A model generated the notes under the pieces. It had not been told where the DNA came from and made no database searches. It saw only the letters and a list, made by a program, of their open reading frames with translations. This document shows positions 61,495-64,000 of a DNA stretch of 64,000 nt, in pieces. A program made the translations under genes and the position numbers. The DNA comes from Acidimicrobiales bacterium (lineage in GTDB: Bacteria > Actinomycetota > Acidimicrobiia > Acidimicrobiales > RAAP-2). The stretch covers positions 8,573 through 72,572 of the forward strand of contig DASZMN010000072.1 of the NCBI GenBank assembly GCA_035551835.1, in the 5' to 3' direction. Position 1 is the first letter of the stretch. Each line of letters begins with the position of its first letter.

Positions 61495-62631
61495 ATGAGG
61501 GGAGAGGGGGGGGCAGCCACCGAAGAGGCGATCGAGCCGACGGCACTCCTGCTCTGGGAGGCCTGCCGCCCGGATCCCGCTGCGGCCGGGGTGCGGCGGG
61601 CCCTGGCCGGTGGCGCCGACCTCGGCCTCGCCGTCACCGCCGCCAACGAACACCGGATCAGCCCGTTGCTGTGGCGCGCGCTCGGGGTGGCCGACGCGCT
61701 GGACGCGCTGGGTCCCGAGCGGGCCGCGTTGCACGGGACGGCGGACGCCTTCGCCATGGAGGCCCTCCTACTCATCCCGCGCGCCGTCGCCCTCGCGGTC
61801 CGCCCGCTCACCGACGTCGGGCTGGAGCCGGTGATCTTCAAGGGCCCCGCCGTGGCCGCCCGCTACCCCCGACCCGGCCTGCGCCCCATGGAGGACATCG
61901 ACGTGCTGCTTCCCCGCGTCGACCATGCCCGCGCCCTCGAGGCGCTCGGCGGGTCCGGATGGCGGGTCGTTCGGGCGGCCGGGGGCGAGCAGTACGACAC
62001 GGTCCTCGCCCACGACGAGGTGCCGTCCTTGTTCCTCGAGCTCCACTTCGGGCTCGAGTCGGCGTCGCAACGCGTGACCGCGCTCGACCCCGAGACGCTC
62101 TGGGCGCACCGTCAGCCGGCCGAGATCGCCGGCACCCCCGCCTTCGTGCTCCCGCAAAACGAAGAGCTGGTGGTGCTCGCCGCGCACGCGGGGAAACCCC
62201 ACCACGGCTTCGCCCGGCTGGTGTGGATTGCCGACCTCGCCATGATCGTGCGCGCCGCCGAGGCCGACGGCAACCCGGTCGACTGGGCGCGGGTGCACGC
62301 GGTCGCCCGGTCCACCCACTGCGTGACGGTGGTCGGCGCCGCCCTCGCCATGGCGCGGCGGGCCGGCGTCGAGGTGCCACCGGAGCTCTTCCCCCTCCCC
62401 ACCCGGGGCTGGCGCGGTGAGGCCATGGCCCGGCTCCTGTCGGTGACGTGGCCCCTCACGCACCTCGAACTGCCGGGCTACCAGCTCAACTACGCCCTCG
62501 CCGACGACCGCGCGCAGCGCGTCAAGATCCTGCTTGTGCTGCTTGCCTCCGGATACGGCATCGGTGCGCGCGTCCGGCGGGTGGCGGCACTGCCGCGACG
62601 GGCGCGCACCGGGACCCGGTCCGCGAGCTGA
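61495..62631 (+). CDS. NTP_transf_5 (uncharacterised nucleotidyltransferase) family protein
   Basis: IFKGPAVAARYPRPGLRPMEDIDVLLPRVDHARALEALGGSGW is the hallmark KG...Y...R...DIDLL motif of this family. Divergent from the LAxTG-kinase-PqqD array. Confidence 0.75.
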   Translation: MRGEGGAATEEAIEPTALLLWEACRPDPAAAGVRRALAGGADLGLAVTAANEHRISPLLWRALGVADALDALGPERAALHGTADAFAMEALLLIPRAVALAVRPLTDVGLEPVIFKGPAVAARYPRPGLRPMEDIDVLLPRVDHARALEALGGSGWRVVRAAGGEQYDTVLAHDEVPSLFLELHFGLESASQRVTALDPETLWAHRQPAEIAGTPAFVLPQNEELVVLAAHAGKPHHGFARLVWIADLAMIVRAAEADGNPVDWARVHAVARSTHCVTVVGAALAMARRAGVEVPPELFPLPTRGWRGEAMARLLSVTWPLTHLELPGYQLNYALADDRAQRVKILLVLLASGYGIGARVRRVAALPRRARTGTRSAS

Positions 62632-62656
62632 CGCCGGCGGACGCCCCGCCGTGGGC

Positions 62657-63415
62657 TTACACGCCCGGGAAGACCCGGCGCAGGATGCCGAGCACCTCGC
62701 CGTTGGCGCGCACGGGCGGGCTGTGCTCGGGGTCGAGCCGCCCGTAGACAAGTCGGCAGAACGACTCGGCCGGCAGTTCCAGGTCGGGGGCGATCCCGCC
62801 GTCCCCCTCGAGCATCTCCGCACTCTCGGGCGTCAGTCGCACCGTGAAGTGCCGCACTGGATGGGCCGTGCGGATCCGGATCTCTCGCTCGTCGCCGGTC
62901 GCGCGGGCCGCAAAGCGACCGATCAGACCGAGATTGTCCACGATCACGTCGGCCGCAGCGGCCGGGAGGCGGGCCTGCGCATCCGACATGACCTCGATGT
63001 CCCAGGTGTGCAGCGCGTGCTCGTTCAGACGCAACGCCGCCGCCGTGTCGAAGCTCACTGACAGCGGACCGAAGGAAAACTCGATGCGGGCCCGGTCGGC
63101 CTCGCTCACCGCGGCGAAGGCCAGATCGAGTCGCTCGTCCTCGACGAGGGCGTCGTCCGCTTTTGCCCGCGGCGACTTGGCGTTCCATTCATCCCACACC
63201 GGCTGCGGGTTGTCGTCGGGCAGCGGCGCGCCGGCGAGCGCGGCTTGGAGTCGGCGCGACATGAGCACGCCACTCGAGCCCAGATGCGACAACACGTCCG
63301 CAATCGTCCAATCCGTGCTGTAGGACGGGCGCTCGAGTTGCTCGTCGTCGAAGCCGCCCACCAGGGTGCGGAGTCGACCGACCGAGGCGGTCAGGGGAGG
63401 CAGCGGGTTGTCCAT
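62657..63415 (-). CDS. DinB/MDMPI_N family protein (mycothiol-dependent maleylpyruvate isomerase-like, TIGR03083-type)
   Basis: N-terminus LRTLVGGFDDEQLERPSYSTDWTIADVLSHLG is typical of the actinobacterial DinB-like family. Confidence 0.7.
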   Translation of the reverse strand: MDNPLPPLTASVGRLRTLVGGFDDEQLERPSYSTDWTIADVLSHLGSSGVLMSRRLQAALAGAPLPDDNPQPVWDEWNAKSPRAKADDALVEDERLDLAFAAVSEADRARIEFSFGPLSVSFDTAAALRLNEHALHTWDIEVMSDAQARLPAAAADVIVDNLGLIGRFAARATGDEREIRIRTAHPVRHFTVRLTPESAEMLEGDGGIAPDLELPAESFCRLVYGRLDPEHSPPVRANGEVLGILRRVFPGV

Positions 63416-63467
63416 GCCCCGCGGTCTAGCGGAAGCGTGACCGCCCCGGAACGGGCCGGTCCTGTCA

Positions 63468-63501
63468 TTAACTTGACAGTTAACTAACCGCGCGGTTAAA
63501 T
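63468..63501 (+). promoter_or_regulatory. promoter TTGACA-17 nt-TTAAAT with two operator-like palindromes (TTAACT-tgac-AGTTAA and TAACCGC|GCGGTTA), probably giving a leaderless arsR-family transcript
   Basis: -35 at 63473-63478, -10-like at 63496-63501, ATG at 63508 (7 nt after the -10). No SD is visible. Confidence 0.55.
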
Positions 63502-63507
63502 AGCTGC

Positions 63508-63870
63508 ATGCCGACCCTGGCCGAGGAGCACCTCGACGCCGCGTTCGCCGCGCTGGCGGACCCGACCCGGCGGGCCATCGTCGGCCGGCTGGCCCGCGGC
63601 GATGCGACGGTGAGCGAGCTGGCCGCCCCGTTCGCCATGTCGCTACCGGGCATCTCCAAGCACCTCAAGGTGCTCGAGCGCAGTGGCCTCATCTCCCGGC
63701 GGCGCGCCGCGCAGTTCCGGCCCTGCCACCTCGAGGTCGATGCGCTGGACCAGACGCTCGACTGGATCACCACGCACCGGCGGATCTGGGACGAGCGTTT
63801 CGACAAGCTGGATGCGCACCTCAGCGCGGTGCAGTCCGGACGGCGCGGCGGCAAGGACGCCGCGCGATGA
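63508..63870 (+). CDS. ArsR/SmtB family transcriptional regulator
   Basis: ALADPTRRAIVGRLARGDATVSELAAPFAMSLPGISKHLKVLERSGLI winged-helix signature. Confidence 0.88.
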   Translation: MPTLAEEHLDAAFAALADPTRRAIVGRLARGDATVSELAAPFAMSLPGISKHLKVLERSGLISRRRAAQFRPCHLEVDALDQTLDWITTHRRIWDERFDKLDAHLSAVQSGRRGGKDAAR

Positions 63871-64000
63871 GCGCCCCCGGGCGTGAGCTGCAGTTCACCC
63901 GCGTCTTCGATGCGCCGCGCCAGCTCGTCTTCGCCTGCATGATCGACCCCGACCATCTCACGCACTTCTGGGGGCCCGCCGGCACGAGCGCGCCGCGCCA
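63867..64000 (+). CDS. SRPBCC/AHSA1 (Aha1-like) domain protein, 3' end outside the window
   Basis: ATGA overlap with the arsR-family stop. ELQFTRVFDAPRQLVFACMIDPDHLTHFWGP is typical of ArsR-linked SRPBCC proteins. Confidence 0.7.
   Translation, partial: MSAPGRELQFTRVFDAPRQLVFACMIDPDHLTHFWGPAGTSAPR

Noticed and set aside
61163-61546. 127-aa minus-strand ORF whose stop overlaps the LAxTG start (ATGA).
   Set aside because: Its distal part has GC3 of only about 55%, against roughly 85-90% in neighbouring genes. It overlaps the nucleotidyltransferase start on the other strand and has no family motif. I treat it as non-coding, although a short 3' portion is mentioned as a speculative small ORF.

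Overview
High-GC (about 70%) Actinobacteria-like chromosomal segment. Supporting traits are Rpf-type muralytic genes, DipZ, an LAxTG sorting signal, a mycothiol-type DinB/MDMPI protein and many GTG/TTG starts. It is densely packed with about 65 protein-coding genes. I saw no rRNA, tRNA, CRISPR array or IS/transposase. Many long ORFs in the track are antisense artefacts of the high GC content. I called genes from recognisable family motifs, SD sequences and start-stop overlaps (ATGA/GTGA). Layout: (1) 0-16.9 kb holds housekeeping and accessory genes: a SpoIIE-HATPase fragment, ParA-like ATPase, ABC-2 exporter, GH1 beta-glucosidase, DipZ, FadD, two tandem Rpf/transglycosylase paralogs with a duplicated leader, and what looks like a decayed kdp operon relic. 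(2) 16.9-43.8 kb is a large island for nitrogen-rich or guanidino-compound catabolism. It has three arginase-fold hydrolases, a CN-hydrolase, a urea/guanidine carboxylase operon (two DUF1989 proteins, carboxylase, allophanate hydrolase) facing a TetR gene, an isochorismatase-like cysteine hydrolase, and a clear guanidine-I (ykkC) riboswitch with terminator at about 29.75-29.88 kb. The riboswitch precedes a translationally coupled 11-gene operon: GS-like ligase, creatininase-fold enzyme, class I GATase, Dpp/Nik-type ABC importer, arginase-fold enzyme, Rieske oxygenase, orphan protein, MBL hydrolase. M20 peptidase, allantoinase-like and amidohydrolase genes follow. (3) 43.8-53.9 kb holds redox genes: nitroreductase, amidohydrolase-zwf, a VOC-BVMO-quinone reductase operon, SDR and a TetR/MFS pair. 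(4) 53.9-62.6 kb is a tight minus-strand array: LAxTG stalk protein, HprK-like kinase, PqqD/RRE, two PhyH dioxygenases, GNAT, crotonase, P450 and ferredoxin, alpha/beta hydrolase. An NTP_transf_5 nucleotidyltransferase is divergent from it. This is a lasso-peptide-like tailoring set with no lasso cyclase, no leader peptidase and no obvious precursor. The two best candidates for undescribed biology are the riboswitch-gated GS-like/GATase/Rieske operon and the orphan PqqD-kinase-nucleotidyltransferase cluster. Several intergenic short tandem repeats (5-, 7-, 9- and 11-mers) and operator-like palindromes are also reported. All family assignments come from reading motifs by eye, and no database search was run.
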